Assembly (NCBI GenBank): GCA_965263295.1
Contig: OZ253665.1
Location: forward strand, 1,408,001-1,472,000
From: Spirochaetia bacterium
GTDB taxonomy: Bacteria > Spirochaetota > Spirochaetia > SP-2023
Direction: 5' to 3'
DNA length: 64,000 nt
Positions within the stretch are counted from its first letter, which is position 1. Each line of letters begins with the position of its first letter. Positions 21,048 to 31,609 of this stretch are shown piece by piece. Below the pieces are notes generated by a model. It was given only the letters and a program-made list of their open reading frames with translations. It was not told the DNA's origin and searched no databases. The position numbers and the translations under genes were made by a program.

Positions 21048-21785
21048 TCAAATCCCTAGATAAAAGCGCAGCAAAGCGCTGATAAAACCCATTAGGGCAC
21101 CGATCAGAGCACCCCAAACAACCAGCCAGACCAGCTTACTTTCCATCATATGCTGGATAATTTCCTTAACCATCTGCGGCGTCAATTCGGCAAGACGACC
21201 TTGAATCAGCGTGCGCACACGCTGTTCAAATTGTTCGTGTGGCGGCAAAGTCTGGCCAAAAAACACTTTGATTTTATCTTGCAGCTCAGGTTTGCCCAGC
21301 TCTGCGGCCACGGCCCCACTCATGGCCTTGATAATTCGTATGCGGTTGGCTTCTAACAGCGGCATGGCCATCATTGCGAGTGGGTTGGCCGCAAAGCTTT
21401 GAGCCAGGCTATCCTTAAACTTGGCAAACAAACGGTCAAAATCGATCAAAGCCCCCATACGACTCAGATCAATATCACCATTGGCCAGTTCCTCAGCCAA
21501 AAAGCGGCCAATCTGTTCACGATTAAAGAACTGACGAATCATCAACTCCTCCAAGTCTCGCTTAATTTCCTCAAAATTCAAAGCGATAATTCCTGAACCG
21601 TAAACAAAAGGTATGCGTTCAAACAACATCTGAATCGCCAGCGAATTGGTCAACGACCCCGAAAGCCCAAACAGTCCCACACTCAACAATAACTTGTGCC
21701 ACAATGTCTCGCTGGCGAACAGAAAAGCAACCCCGACACTCAACAGCAAAATCAAATTGATGCCATAAGAAGTTTTCCATCTCAT
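21048..21785 (-). CDS. DUF445 family membrane protein
   Basis: LFGLSGSLTNSLAIQMLFE, GSGII, LTPQMVKEII, WLVVWGALIG. Confidence 0.8.
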   Translation of the reverse strand: MRWKTSYGINLILLLSVGVAFLFASETLWHKLLLSVGLFGLSGSLTNSLAIQMLFERIPFVYGSGIIALNFEEIKRDLEELMIRQFFNREQIGRFLAEELANGDIDLSRMGALIDFDRLFAKFKDSLAQSFAANPLAMMAMPLLEANRIRIIKAMSGAVAAELGKPELQDKIKVFFGQTLPPHEQFEQRVRTLIQGRLAELTPQMVKEIIQHMMESKLVWLVVWGALIGALMGFISALLRFYLGI

Positions 21786-22020
21786 AATTAGTCCCAATTA
21801 AGAATCTATCCTAAAAATTAAAAGCCTTTTACCATCGCGCTGCGCGAATAGCTGTTGTCTTGTAGAGCCAGTTACACCGAAGAAAAATTAATGGTACCAT
21901 TCCAGCTCTTACGATTTTCCAAATAAATATTATAAAATTTAAATACTTGAGCAATTTTACCCCATCATCAATCATGGACGCGGTCTGGCAGGGCTAGCCA
22001 TTTTTTACCTCGGCTGATTT

Positions 22021-23088
22021 CTACTTTGTCTGATTGACATGCCGCACGGCCAGCCGTGCGGCGATCTTGCCGGCAATCTCTGCAAAAGCCTGAACACTTT
22101 CACCCTGCGGCTCGGTCAATGACAGCGGGTAGCCACTATCGCCCGCATTGCGGATCGCCGCGTCCAGCTCAATGCGCCCCAGAAAAGGAATACCCAGTGC
22201 CTTGGCTGCGGCTTCGCCGCCACCGCGGCCAAAGATGTCTCCAGCCATATTTTCAATCAGTCCCAAAATGGGGACTTTCAACTGCTGGAATGCCGCAATG
22301 CCACGCTGCGTATCACTGAGCGCCACCTTTTGCGGCGAAGACACGACAATCGCGGCCGTGATGGGGCAAAGGGCGGGAAGGCTCAACTGCACATCGCCAG
22401 TACCCGGAGGCATATCAATTAACAGGTAGTCCAACTCCGGCCAATCGGTATTCATAAGCAGTTGCCGCAACACACTGTGCAACATCGGACCACGCCAAGC
22501 CAAAGCTTGTTCCGCGGCGACCAGGTAACCAATACTCATGGCGTAGATGCCGTGCAGCGCGGCCGGCGATAAAATCTGGTTTTCATTGCCTTGCTCATCG
22601 GTCTGGCTGCCGGCTACTGTTGGTCGCCCGGTATCACCCAGCATGATGTTGATATTCGGGCCATAGATGTCGGCATCTAAAATGCCGACAACAGCACCAC
22701 TCTCAGCCAGCGCCACGGCCAGATTGACGGTGACACTGCTCTTCCCTACCCCACCCTTCCCACTGGAAATAGCCAAGATGTTCTTGATCGGCAGTGACAA
22801 CTGCTCCGAAACGCGCGCATCCGAGCGCGTCTGAGCATCAAAGTGAATCTGAATCTGCCCGTCTTGCAGAGCCGGAAAATGTCGTTTTAGGACGCCGCGA
22901 GCGTCACGTTCCATCACGCTCTTTAGCGGACAAGCCGGAGTAGTCAAAACAATTGTGAATGATATGCCTGTATCGCTCAGTTCCAGTTTATCAATCATAC
23001 CCAGACTCACCAAGTCGCGGTGCAAATCCGGATCGTGAACTTCACTTAAAGCTTTCAACACGGCTTCCCTTGTCCAATCCGCCATCAT
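22021..23088 (-). CDS. mrp: Mrp/NBP35 (ApbC) Fe-S cluster carrier ATPase
   Basis: DUF59 domain (DPDLHRDLVSLG, LTTPACP), SGKGGVGKS, DADIYGP, WRGPM, IDMPPGTGD. Confidence 0.93.
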   Translation of the reverse strand: MMADWTREAVLKALSEVHDPDLHRDLVSLGMIDKLELSDTGISFTIVLTTPACPLKSVMERDARGVLKRHFPALQDGQIQIHFDAQTRSDARVSEQLSLPIKNILAISSGKGGVGKSSVTVNLAVALAESGAVVGILDADIYGPNINIMLGDTGRPTVAGSQTDEQGNENQILSPAALHGIYAMSIGYLVAAEQALAWRGPMLHSVLRQLLMNTDWPELDYLLIDMPPGTGDVQLSLPALCPITAAIVVSSPQKVALSDTQRGIAAFQQLKVPILGLIENMAGDIFGRGGGEAAAKALGIPFLGRIELDAAIRNAGDSGYPLSLTEPQGESVQAFAEIAGKIAARLAVRHVNQTK

Positions 23089-23115
23089 ATTTTCTTCCCC
23101 CATTTTCTGCCCGCT

Positions 23116-26100
23116 TTACAGAGCCGCCCCGCGAGTGTGACAGGACCTCGCCTCCGACTTGGCCGGCGGCTCAGAACAAGAACGGCACTGTTGGGGCAAG
23201 GCTTCCAATTCCAAAATCAAATCCCCCTCCTGAACACTGATCATCTCATTAGTTTCTCTGAAGTTGGCCCCAATATGGACTTTTTTGACCACCCCATCGC
23301 GCTTGGCGTGAATGGCCTTTTCTTGCTTCATAATGGAAATGTTACACAGTTCCTGGCCCTCTTTAACCACATCGCCTTCGGCTACATGGACAACCCACAA
23401 ATCCCCATTGGAAACGGCACCGACGTGGTTGGGATTGCCCGGCACGGCCTGCAGGCGCTCACCGTGCCCACCGTGCCCACCATTGCCGGCAGCACGACTT
23501 TGCTCCAGCTGCACGCCATGGCGCATAAACTCATGGTCGAGCTGAAAGCCCACTAGCGCGACGCCGTTCTCGTTGACCGGGCCGATTTCGACCAGCCTGA
23601 AGTGGTGCAGCTTCCCGTTTGAGTCCGTAAATGATAAACTTTCTTTCGGCTGCATGCCTTCAAACCAAACCGCCAAAGGCAAGCAATTGGGATCTCCAAA
23701 CTGATCCTGAAACTTGAGCAAAGCAATGCTGTCAGCTGGGTGATTGAGGTAGAGCAACAACTCATCCTGACTGACGCGACGGCCCAACTCGCTCTCTAGT
23801 CGGGCCCGCTCCGCATCCCAGTTCAAGTCGGCTAAATCTTCCAGCGGCGAGCCAACACCTCGCTTTACCTTTTGATAAATCTTGCGGCCCAGCTCAAAGC
23901 CAAAAGTGCTGTGATAGACCCACTCAGACGGAAATCCCAGCGGCAAGGGCCCAAATTCGCCTGCCAGCAAAGACTTGAACGAGTCATTGGCTTCGGCAAA
24001 CAGAAGCAGGCGATTCTTCTGATCCTCCGCAGCGAGTTCTGCCCCCGCTTCCGCATCCCGGCAGCGTCGGGCCAACTCAGTAACGCGCTGCACTTCGTCC
24101 AGGCCACCACGTTTGTAGGCATTGGTCACCGTCAGGAAAGCGTTGTTCCAGGTTATCTGCGAGCCCGGCGTAACATCGTGGTAAAGGACTATCTGCCGAA
24201 CAGTTGAAAGATACTGGAGAATTTGCGGCAACAAGAAGATATAGCCCTGCTGCAGGGCGCCTTCCTGCGACGAAGAAATAGCCCCGCCCGGCATTCCGTG
24301 ATTCACGACATTGTGATCATAACCCTGGAAGTGCGGCGCACAATAGCGATCGAGGAAAGGCATGATCTGCTTGAGGACAAAGTTCCCATCATCCAGAGCC
24401 TGCGCCTGCAGGGAGTCCACAAAGCCTTCGGCATGCAGGGCGGCGCGCAAGGCGCCGACATCGCCCTGGCCATACCAACGGCAGGCGGCATCCATGCCGA
24501 CATCGAGAATCTCAACCCCAGCTTTGGCTGCAGCCACTGCAGCAGGCACGAACAAGCCGTCAGTGGCGTGGCGGTGGTAATGCAGCAGGAGTTGCGGCCA
24601 GCGCCGCTTCAGGCTGGAGATCAGCTCGGCAATGTAGGCGGGAGGACAGACGCCAGCCATATCCTTGAGCCCTAAAATAATGCGCTCGGCAGCTTGCTCC
24701 ACACTACAGCCGGCGGCCTGGGCACACATTTTTAGGATGCTTTCTGCCACTTCCAGGTAGTGGCGCAGCGAATAGCGGGCGCCGGCACCCGTACCGATAA
24801 CCGAGAGCGATATCGCCGGCTCAAAGATCACATCGTCAAGCGGCAGAATAACTTCGGCCAGGGGCGCCATGTTGGGTGCATAATTGAGGAAGTCAAAACA
24901 ACGAATTATGTCATACAATTCACAGAGCCGCGCGGCCATTTTCTGCATCAGCGCCCGGCCCTGAGGCTTGTAACCCAAGAGGTTGGTCGAGCGCACCAGC
25001 ACTTGTTGTAGGGTACGCGGTGCCAACTGGCGCCACTCGTGCGCTTCAGCCAGCGGCGATGTCATGTTGGCGCGAATGTTCATGTGAAAATGAGCGCCGC
25101 CGCCAGTTTCTAACGATAAGAAGCCGCATTGGTCGAGGTAGGGACCGAGCACCCGATCCTCCGCCAGGCGCATGCGGTTGCCGCTGTTAGACTGTGTAAT
25201 GTCGCGGCAGGTGGTATCGGTGAAGTGAATATTGCCACTGTTGCGAAGCCTTTGCAGCAGAGCTGGGCGATTGCGTCGCGGGTAATGCGGCTGATGAGCC
25301 AACCTCTTGTCAATCGGGGGCAACTCATAATAACAAGCGTCGCTAAACTGCTTTCCAGGCGCTAGCCCCAGACGGGGCTGCGCCTGGCTGCGGTATTGCC
25401 CTAATTTGACATACGGGTTGTAGCCTCGGGCACTGATCTCGGCGACCAGGCGCCCCAGGCGCACAGCTTCCGGTTCAAGATAATGGTAATCCAGTAATTC
25501 AGGATTCTGTTCTACAAAACGGGTATTAAAATCGCCGGCGGCAAAATACTCTGAATCGACAATCTTGCGGTAAAACGGCAAGGTAGTTTTGAGCCCGGAA
25601 ATCTGGTATTCGTTCAGGGCCCGCGAGACCACGCCAATCAGTTTATCCCACTTATGGGCATAGCAGATCAGCAGTGAGCCAGCTGAATCATAATGGGAAG
25701 GAAACGGATAGGCACTTGAAAGGTTGGAGTCAATGCGCACGCCGGGGCCACCGGGAGAATTATAACGCTTAATCAGTCCCGAATTGGGGCTGAAATTATT
25801 TTGCGGATCCTCTAGATTGATACGGCATTGCAGCGACCAGTGAAAGGGCTGTAAGTCTTCCGGCTTCAAACTCAGCTCGGCACCCAAAGCCACGGCAATC
25901 TGTTGTTCCACCAAGTCAATGCCATAGCGACTCTCGGTAATACCGTGTTCAACCTGCAGGCGGGTATTCACCTCAATCAGATACGCCTCGGTTTTACCAT
26001 TTTGCTGTGTCACCAGAAATTCCACTGTAGCCAAAGTGTGATAAGCTGCCGCACGGACAATGCGGCGCGCATAATCTTTTAATGTTTGCCGCAATTCTGC

Positions 26101-26880
26101 CGTCATGCCCGCCCAGGGGGAGGGGGTGATTTCCAGCAGCTTCTGATGGTTGCGCTGCAGACTGCAGTCTCGCTCGTCAAAGACCAGTAGGTTGCCGTAC
26201 TTGTCGGCAAGTACCTGGATCTCAATGTGGTGCACATCAGGAAGAAATTTTTCGACATACAGCGTCGGGTTGCCAAAAGATGAGGCCGCGATCACCTGAG
26301 CCTTTTCAAAGGCCGCGTCCAGTTCGCCGCGCTCGCGGATAAGCACGATACCGCGCCCACCGCCGCCACCTTCAGCCTTCAGTAATACCGGCAGCTCCAT
26401 TTGCTCGACAATAGCCCTAGCCTCTTGCAAGTCCACCGCGCCATCCGATCCGGGCACAATCGGAATGCCCAGCTCCTTGGCCAAGGCGCGAGCCTTGAGT
26501 TTGGAACCCAAGAGTTCCATCGCCTCGGCATCCGGGCCGATGAAGACGATACCGGCTTCCTGGCACAAGCGTGGAAACTGCGGATCCTCGGATGCAAAAC
26601 CCCAACCCGGATGAATGGTCTGAATGCCCAGCTCCTTGGCTCGGTTAACGATTTCCTCAATATCCAGATAAGCTGTAGGGTTAGCCCCCAGCAACATGAC
26701 TTCATCCGCGGCCGAAATGGCCGGCGAACCGCGGTCGACATCCGTAGCCGTAACGATAGCGCGAGCCTTCAGACGCTCGCGAATAGAACGACAGATACGC
26801 CGCGCCGGAATACCACGGTTGGCAACCAATATGAGCATTCCCGGAGTTTGTTGCAGCAGTTCATCAAAGCTTAGGCTCAC
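23116..26880 (-). CDS. pyc: Pyruvate carboxylase (single chain: biotin carboxylase, carboxyltransferase, biotin carrier)
   Basis: LVANRG, HPGWGFASE, GGGGRG, RDCSLQRNHQK, EVNTRLQVEH, DTTCRDITQS, LKDMAG, HYHRH, VTPGSQ, biotin site IMKQE; GTG 26880 with GGAG RBS. Confidence 0.92.
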   Translation of the reverse strand: MSLSFDELLQQTPGMLILVANRGIPARRICRSIRERLKARAIVTATDVDRGSPAISAADEVMLLGANPTAYLDIEEIVNRAKELGIQTIHPGWGFASEDPQFPRLCQEAGIVFIGPDAEAMELLGSKLKARALAKELGIPIVPGSDGAVDLQEARAIVEQMELPVLLKAEGGGGGRGIVLIRERGELDAAFEKAQVIAASSFGNPTLYVEKFLPDVHHIEIQVLADKYGNLLVFDERDCSLQRNHQKLLEITPSPWAGMTAELRQTLKDYARRIVRAAAYHTLATVEFLVTQQNGKTEAYLIEVNTRLQVEHGITESRYGIDLVEQQIAVALGAELSLKPEDLQPFHWSLQCRINLEDPQNNFSPNSGLIKRYNSPGGPGVRIDSNLSSAYPFPSHYDSAGSLLICYAHKWDKLIGVVSRALNEYQISGLKTTLPFYRKIVDSEYFAAGDFNTRFVEQNPELLDYHYLEPEAVRLGRLVAEISARGYNPYVKLGQYRSQAQPRLGLAPGKQFSDACYYELPPIDKRLAHQPHYPRRNRPALLQRLRNSGNIHFTDTTCRDITQSNSGNRMRLAEDRVLGPYLDQCGFLSLETGGGAHFHMNIRANMTSPLAEAHEWRQLAPRTLQQVLVRSTNLLGYKPQGRALMQKMAARLCELYDIIRCFDFLNYAPNMAPLAEVILPLDDVIFEPAISLSVIGTGAGARYSLRHYLEVAESILKMCAQAAGCSVEQAAERIILGLKDMAGVCPPAYIAELISSLKRRWPQLLLHYHRHATDGLFVPAAVAAAKAGVEILDVGMDAACRWYGQGDVGALRAALHAEGFVDSLQAQALDDGNFVLKQIMPFLDRYCAPHFQGYDHNVVNHGMPGGAISSSQEGALQQGYIFLLPQILQYLSTVRQIVLYHDVTPGSQITWNNAFLTVTNAYKRGGLDEVQRVTELARRCRDAEAGAELAAEDQKNRLLLFAEANDSFKSLLAGEFGPLPLGFPSEWVYHSTFGFELGRKIYQKVKRGVGSPLEDLADLNWDAERARLESELGRRVSQDELLLYLNHPADSIALLKFQDQFGDPNCLPLAVWFEGMQPKESLSFTDSNGKLHHFRLVEIGPVNENGVALVGFQLDHEFMRHGVQLEQSRAAGNGGHGGHGERLQAVPGNPNHVGAVSNGDLWVVHVAEGDVVKEGQELCNISIMKQEKAIHAKRDGVVKKVHIGANFRETNEMISVQEGDLILELEALPQQCRSCSEPPAKSEARSCHTRGAAL

Positions 26881-26940
26881 AGCAGCTTCTCCCCTGAGTC
26901 TCGCAAGTGGATAACGCAAGATTTGCGCTCACTGTAGCGA

Positions 26941-26968
26941 AAAAACCGGCTCCTTGCGATAGGAGCCG
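26941..26968 (-). terminator. Intrinsic terminator between flgJ-like gene and pyc
   Basis: Minus strand CGGCTCCT-ATCGCA-AGGAGCCG followed by GTTTTTT. Confidence 0.7.
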
Positions 26969-27137
26969 CATCTTCTAGCAATATTAATCAATCAAATGCA
27001 ATTAAAAATACAATCTATAGTTTAAAACCAGTATTTCTAAATTTTTTAGCGAAGATAAAAACCCTATCGGGCGGACAGAAAATCATTGACATAATTATAA
27101 AGACAGTTTGAAAATCGAGATTGTGATAACAGAAATT

Positions 27138-27686
27138 TTACCTAGAAAAACGGCTTTCTAACTGAGCGCGAGTCCAAGCCTGCCGTTGTGGCACAGACTG
27201 ACTGTACTTCAGCAGGTTTTGCCGCAGATCTTGTACCTCGGCTGCACCCGTCGATTTGGCAGCTGCCGACCCTAATTCCGGATGCTCTTGACGGTACAGT
27301 TGCTCAAAGAGCACAGAACCAATGCCGAAGCCTCCTTGATCCGCCATATCCCCAGCAATATTCTGATACATCTGGTCACGAAAAAAGTCGTTGCGGTTGC
27401 GGTCCGCCATCAGTGAGCCACCTTGGGAGCCCAATACTGAGTTCTCCCGCAGCCCCCTGCGCATCTCAGTGAGCATTTGCTGAATGAATAGAGACTCAAA
27501 ATCCCGGCAAGCTCTGGCCATTTTCATTTCTTCAGAATTCAGACGAACATTGGCAGAACTTGGCGCAGTGTCACGCAGAGCGGGCAGGCGACCTTTTTCA
27601 TTCTGGGCTGCTTTGCGCAATAAATCTTGATATTTCCGATGAATATCTGCCGCTTGCGGCACCTGGGTGTCGTCAATTCGAGTCAT
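27138..27686 (-). CDS. flgJ: FlgJ-like rod-binding protein (no muramidase domain)
   Basis: ACRDFESLFIQQMLTEMR...FRDQMYQNIA...GGFGIGSVLFEQL; sigma28 promoter upstream. Confidence 0.8.
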   Translation of the reverse strand: MTRIDDTQVPQAADIHRKYQDLLRKAAQNEKGRLPALRDTAPSSANVRLNSEEMKMARACRDFESLFIQQMLTEMRRGLRENSVLGSQGGSLMADRNRNDFFRDQMYQNIAGDMADQGGFGIGSVLFEQLYRQEHPELGSAAAKSTGAAEVQDLRQNLLKYSQSVPQRQAWTRAQLESRFSR

Positions 27687-27754
27687 GGAGTTTAAGTTCC
27701 TTATCTGCTGTCAAACACTTAATGCCCAAGCTAACGCTTAAGCAGCCCTGTCCA

Positions 27755-27781
27755 TTATCGGATTCTACCCTAAAATCTTTA
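27755..27781 (-). promoter_or_regulatory. sigma28 promoter of flgJ-like gene
   Basis: TAAA-N15-TCCGATAA, one mismatch to the consensus. Confidence 0.8.
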
Positions 27782-27831
27782 CCGGCAGAACAAGACAAAA
27801 CTTTTGCCAGACCAGCCCCCCCCCCTTCCCC

Positions 27832-29031
27832 TTAAGGCAAGGCCGCAACCAGAGGCAGGCCCCGCTCTTCTTCAAATCCCAAAAGCAGATTCATATTCTG
27901 CAAAGCCTGGCCGGCGGCCCCCTTGAGCAAATTATCGACGACGGCCACAACCACCACTTCATTGTTGCGCGGGTCGCAACGCATACCGATATCGCAGCGA
28001 TTGGAAAAACTGACATCTTGAATTTGCGGAATACTGAGCGGACCATTGGCGGGACGCAGTTGCACAAAGGCTGAATTAGCATAAAAATCGCGGTACAAAA
28101 GCTGTAATTTTTCGTCTGTCCACACAGTCGTATCTAATTCAATATAGCAGGTAGCCATGATACCGCGCGTGATCGGTAACAAGTGTGTCGTGAAGGTAAT
28201 CGGCGCGATTTCGGCCGCGGCCAAACCAGAAAGGGCCATTTCAATTTCGGGCGTGTGTTGGTGTTGATGCCACTTATACAACGACAACGACTCATTGACT
28301 CGGGCGAAGTGACTACTTTCAGTAAGCTTCTTTCCAGCGCCAGAGACCCCTGACTTGGCGTCGATGCGTACCCGCCCCCTAACGTCGCTTTGAGCGCCTT
28401 GGAGCGCGAGCAGCCCTTGCGCCGCCAACGGCGCAAGGGCCAGAATACAGGCAGTGGCATAACAGCCGGGATTGGCAATGACATCTGCCTGGCGGATATC
28501 ATTGCGCAGCAATTCGCTCAGGCCGTACTGGCAACGCCGCAGGTCCTCAATTTCAAGCGTCTCTTCGCGATACCACTGACGATATAACTGCGGTTGCTTC
28601 AGACGCAGGGCACCCGATAGATCGATCAACTTGGGCAGGCTGTTTCGCCGGACTCCCGAATGGGCTGCGCGTTCTGCGGCAAAGTAGTGCCTTACGATCT
28701 GAGCCGATGCCGCATGCGGTGTCGCGAGGAAAATCACGTCAAAAGCCCGAAAAAAGCCCAGCCACTCAGTAATATCCGATTTTTCCGCGGGTAAGCCATA
28801 GATGCGCAAGTCCAAGCCATAGAAAGCCGGATAAATCTCGGCGTAGGCGCGGTAGTGCCGACCCTCTTCTAAGCGGCCCTCACTTAGCCTCCCTGCTGAG
28901 CCAAAAGCACTTAGCAGCGAAGACGAAAATAAGGTGACCATATCCTTGCCACAGTCGGGGTGCTGCAACAACAGGCGCAATAACTCGGCGCCACTGTAAC
29001 CACTGGCGCCGACTAGTCCCACTCGAATCAT
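27832..29031 (-). CDS. argC: N-acetyl-gamma-glutamyl-phosphate reductase
   Basis: GASGYSGAEL, FLATPH, ANPGCYAT, SGVSGAG, HQHTPE, DNLLKGAAGQALQN. Confidence 0.95.
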   Translation of the reverse strand: MIRVGLVGASGYSGAELLRLLLQHPDCGKDMVTLFSSSLLSAFGSAGRLSEGRLEEGRHYRAYAEIYPAFYGLDLRIYGLPAEKSDITEWLGFFRAFDVIFLATPHAASAQIVRHYFAAERAAHSGVRRNSLPKLIDLSGALRLKQPQLYRQWYREETLEIEDLRRCQYGLSELLRNDIRQADVIANPGCYATACILALAPLAAQGLLALQGAQSDVRGRVRIDAKSGVSGAGKKLTESSHFARVNESLSLYKWHQHQHTPEIEMALSGLAAAEIAPITFTTHLLPITRGIMATCYIELDTTVWTDEKLQLLYRDFYANSAFVQLRPANGPLSIPQIQDVSFSNRCDIGMRCDPRNNEVVVVAVVDNLLKGAAGQALQNMNLLLGFEEERGLPLVAALP

Positions 29032-29331
29032 TTACATTCCTTATTTATTTTGAGAAATTCAAAGATTGTTTTCAGAAGGCATGGCATGACGAAATTTGCT
29101 TGGCCAAATGAGACCTTCAAACACGCAATTGTAACACGTGCCTCACAATCTGCCTGAGCTATTGGGCCAGAAATATTGCCAATAGTTATCGGCTTATCAC
29201 CACAGTTTGCCAACAGCTTGCCAGGTTGCGGTCAGCAGAAAACTTTAGCCATATCTACCATTTCGTTTTATACTAAAAAAATTTTCCATAAAAATCACAT
29301 TTCTTTTCTTAAATTTCTTAAATTTTTGTCC

Positions 29332-29979
29332 TTATTGGATCCTTTTTTCCAGAGCTTTCCGGGTTAGATGGAATAAATCTTGTTTAATTTCTTCCACACG
29401 CTCGACATATTCAGCAGCTAGCTGATGAATTTCTTCGCTATGAATATGTTGCGCTGCAGTAAGATTTTGATGGCAACTGCAATACAGCGCGTGGAACTGC
29501 AATACAGCGCGAGTCAGCGGCGCTTGTACCATTATCATAATACTGTCAGGTGAGATATCTTCAATAATACCTCGTTCAATACCCGACTTAAAAAATTCCC
29601 AGTACTCACCAAACTTTTCACTTAGCTCTTGAGGAGGATTGTAAGGTGTTGTTTCAAGGATCTCCGTAAAACGTAAACTGATGGGATGCTTCCACATATA
29701 TTCAAAGGCAGCTTTATAAGCTGCGGCAAAATTATCCCAAAAAGACTGTTCTGGAGAAAGAGCGGCGGTCGTAGCCTTTAGAATCGCCTGCTTCTCGGTA
29801 AGAAAAACCGTCGTCAGGAGGTCTGATTTATCCTTAAAATACAGATAAATCGTAGCAGGAGATATATTTGCCTCCTTAGCTATATTGGCCATACTGGCCC
29901 GGTCAAGCCCTTGCTCACATACGATTTTTTGTGTGGCATTGCTTATTGCTTTGGCCTTACGGTCGTCTTTTTTTCTCAT
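29332..29979 (-). CDS. TetR/AcrR family transcriptional regulator
   Basis: HTH ASMANIAKEANISPATIYLYFKDKSDL. Confidence 0.9.
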   Translation of the reverse strand: MRKKDDRKAKAISNATQKIVCEQGLDRASMANIAKEANISPATIYLYFKDKSDLLTTVFLTEKQAILKATTAALSPEQSFWDNFAAAYKAAFEYMWKHPISLRFTEILETTPYNPPQELSEKFGEYWEFFKSGIERGIIEDISPDSIMIMVQAPLTRAVLQFHALYCSCHQNLTAAQHIHSEEIHQLAAEYVERVEEIKQDLFHLTRKALEKRIQ

Positions 29980-30114
29980 GGCATTAAAATAATAAAAATC
30001 CATAAATACGCCAATAAATTAAAAGATTTGATTTTGACGTATTGGAAAAGCGAAAATTATACAATTTAATCAGTATACTGGAGAATCAAATTATTTTGAG
30101 ATAAATATAACAGG

Positions 30115-31524
30115 TTAAATATCAAATTTATCTGAAAAGGCCCCCATTATTAAGAAGTATATACCGAGGCCTAGGACGTCAAGCAAAGTGGCTATCAAAG
30201 GCCCAGAAGCAACAGTGGGATTGATCTGGACCAGACTCAACAACAAAGGTATAAAAATTCCGATTAAAGCGGCAAACAATACAACTGCGCCTAGAGACAG
30301 GCTAACTGCCAGATTTCGCAGCCAGGACAAGTCCTGCAAAAAGATATCATTGCGCAAAAAAACCAGACTCCCCATGATTATTCCAAGCACTAGAGCCACT
30401 AGAAACTCTTTGCCTAAAACAGCAAACAGATTGCGGAAACTCAGATTATGGGCGCTGATACTGCGAATAATTAAAACCGAGGACTGACTTCCGACATTGC
30501 CGCCAGTCTGGGTGATCAGCGGGATAAATAATGTTAGTACAGGCACTGCAGCAATAAAACTTTGAAAATGTTGCAACAAATTGCTGGTCAAAGTTCCCAT
30601 AATTAGCAGCAGGACCAACCAGGGCAAACGCTGAGTCAATAGGTAGCCGATGGGCGCCTGCAGGAAGTTGTCCATTAAGTCGGCACGTTGACCGCTCACG
30701 CCACCCAAGTTGCTGATATTCTGGGCCTGTTCCTGACGAATTAAATCCATCACATCGTCAAAAGTCACCAATCCTAGCAAATGTTTGCGCGAATCTACAA
30801 CGGGCACGGCCAAAAGGTCACGTTCTTCCAGTAATTCTATTACTTCTTCTTGCTCAGCATGGCTTTCCACATAATAAAAATCACTGTTCATCACTTGGGC
30901 GAGCAATTGCTGGTCAGCTGCCAGCAACAATTTTTTTAGCGAAATAACCCCTAATAACATGCCTTGTTCGTCAATAATATAATGGTAATAAAAGACCTCT
31001 AGCTCAGCCATTTCCTGGGAGCTACGTATCAAACTTAAAGCTTCGCTAACTTTCATGTCAGCTCGCAGTGTCGAGTAACGGGTGGTCATAATACCCGCAG
31101 CCTGAGTTTCACGGAAAGGCAACAGGAATTTGGTTTCCCTCTGCTCTTTTTCTGGCAGTAAGCGCAGTAAAGTAAAACAGCGCTCTGGCTGGACATGTTG
31201 TAAAATATCCACGCGCTCATCCGGCTCCAATGCCACCAGAGCCTCAATCAGTTCCTCTCGCCTTGTTTCTTGATTGGCACTCAAGGCGTGATAGAGTACC
31301 GCACGCTGTTCTTCTTCCGTCAATTCCAGCAATAAGGCCCCGCGTTTTTCCGGGCTCAACAAGCTCCAGTAACGTTGCTGGGAAACAGAAATTAAAGTGT
31401 TACTACCAACGTTTTCCTCAAATTGCCGCCACAACTCCAGCAACTCATTCAAGCTGCATTCTTCTGTGTGCTGCGACAACAGGCTGGGGTCATCCAGCAA
31501 GCGCATGCTATCTGTATTGGCCAT
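30115..31524 (-). CDS. mgtE: Magnesium transporter MgtE
   Basis: CBS pair (AAGIMTT, VPVVD, GLVTFDDV), RLPWL, TGGNVGSQ, P.VASGPLIATLLD. Confidence 0.93.
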   Translation of the reverse strand: MANTDSMRLLDDPSLLSQHTEECSLNELLELWRQFEENVGSNTLISVSQQRYWSLLSPEKRGALLLELTEEEQRAVLYHALSANQETRREELIEALVALEPDERVDILQHVQPERCFTLLRLLPEKEQRETKFLLPFRETQAAGIMTTRYSTLRADMKVSEALSLIRSSQEMAELEVFYYHYIIDEQGMLLGVISLKKLLLAADQQLLAQVMNSDFYYVESHAEQEEVIELLEERDLLAVPVVDSRKHLLGLVTFDDVMDLIRQEQAQNISNLGGVSGQRADLMDNFLQAPIGYLLTQRLPWLVLLLIMGTLTSNLLQHFQSFIAAVPVLTLFIPLITQTGGNVGSQSSVLIIRSISAHNLSFRNLFAVLGKEFLVALVLGIIMGSLVFLRNDIFLQDLSWLRNLAVSLSLGAVVLFAALIGIFIPLLLSLVQINPTVASGPLIATLLDVLGLGIYFLIMGAFSDKFDI

Positions 31525-31609
31525 AGTCTGTTTCCCCTTTACAGCAATAATCGGCGTCAGCCATATACGCAGAGGCCCCTATGGCCTGGCAGAACGAAAC
31601 TCCCCGCAG

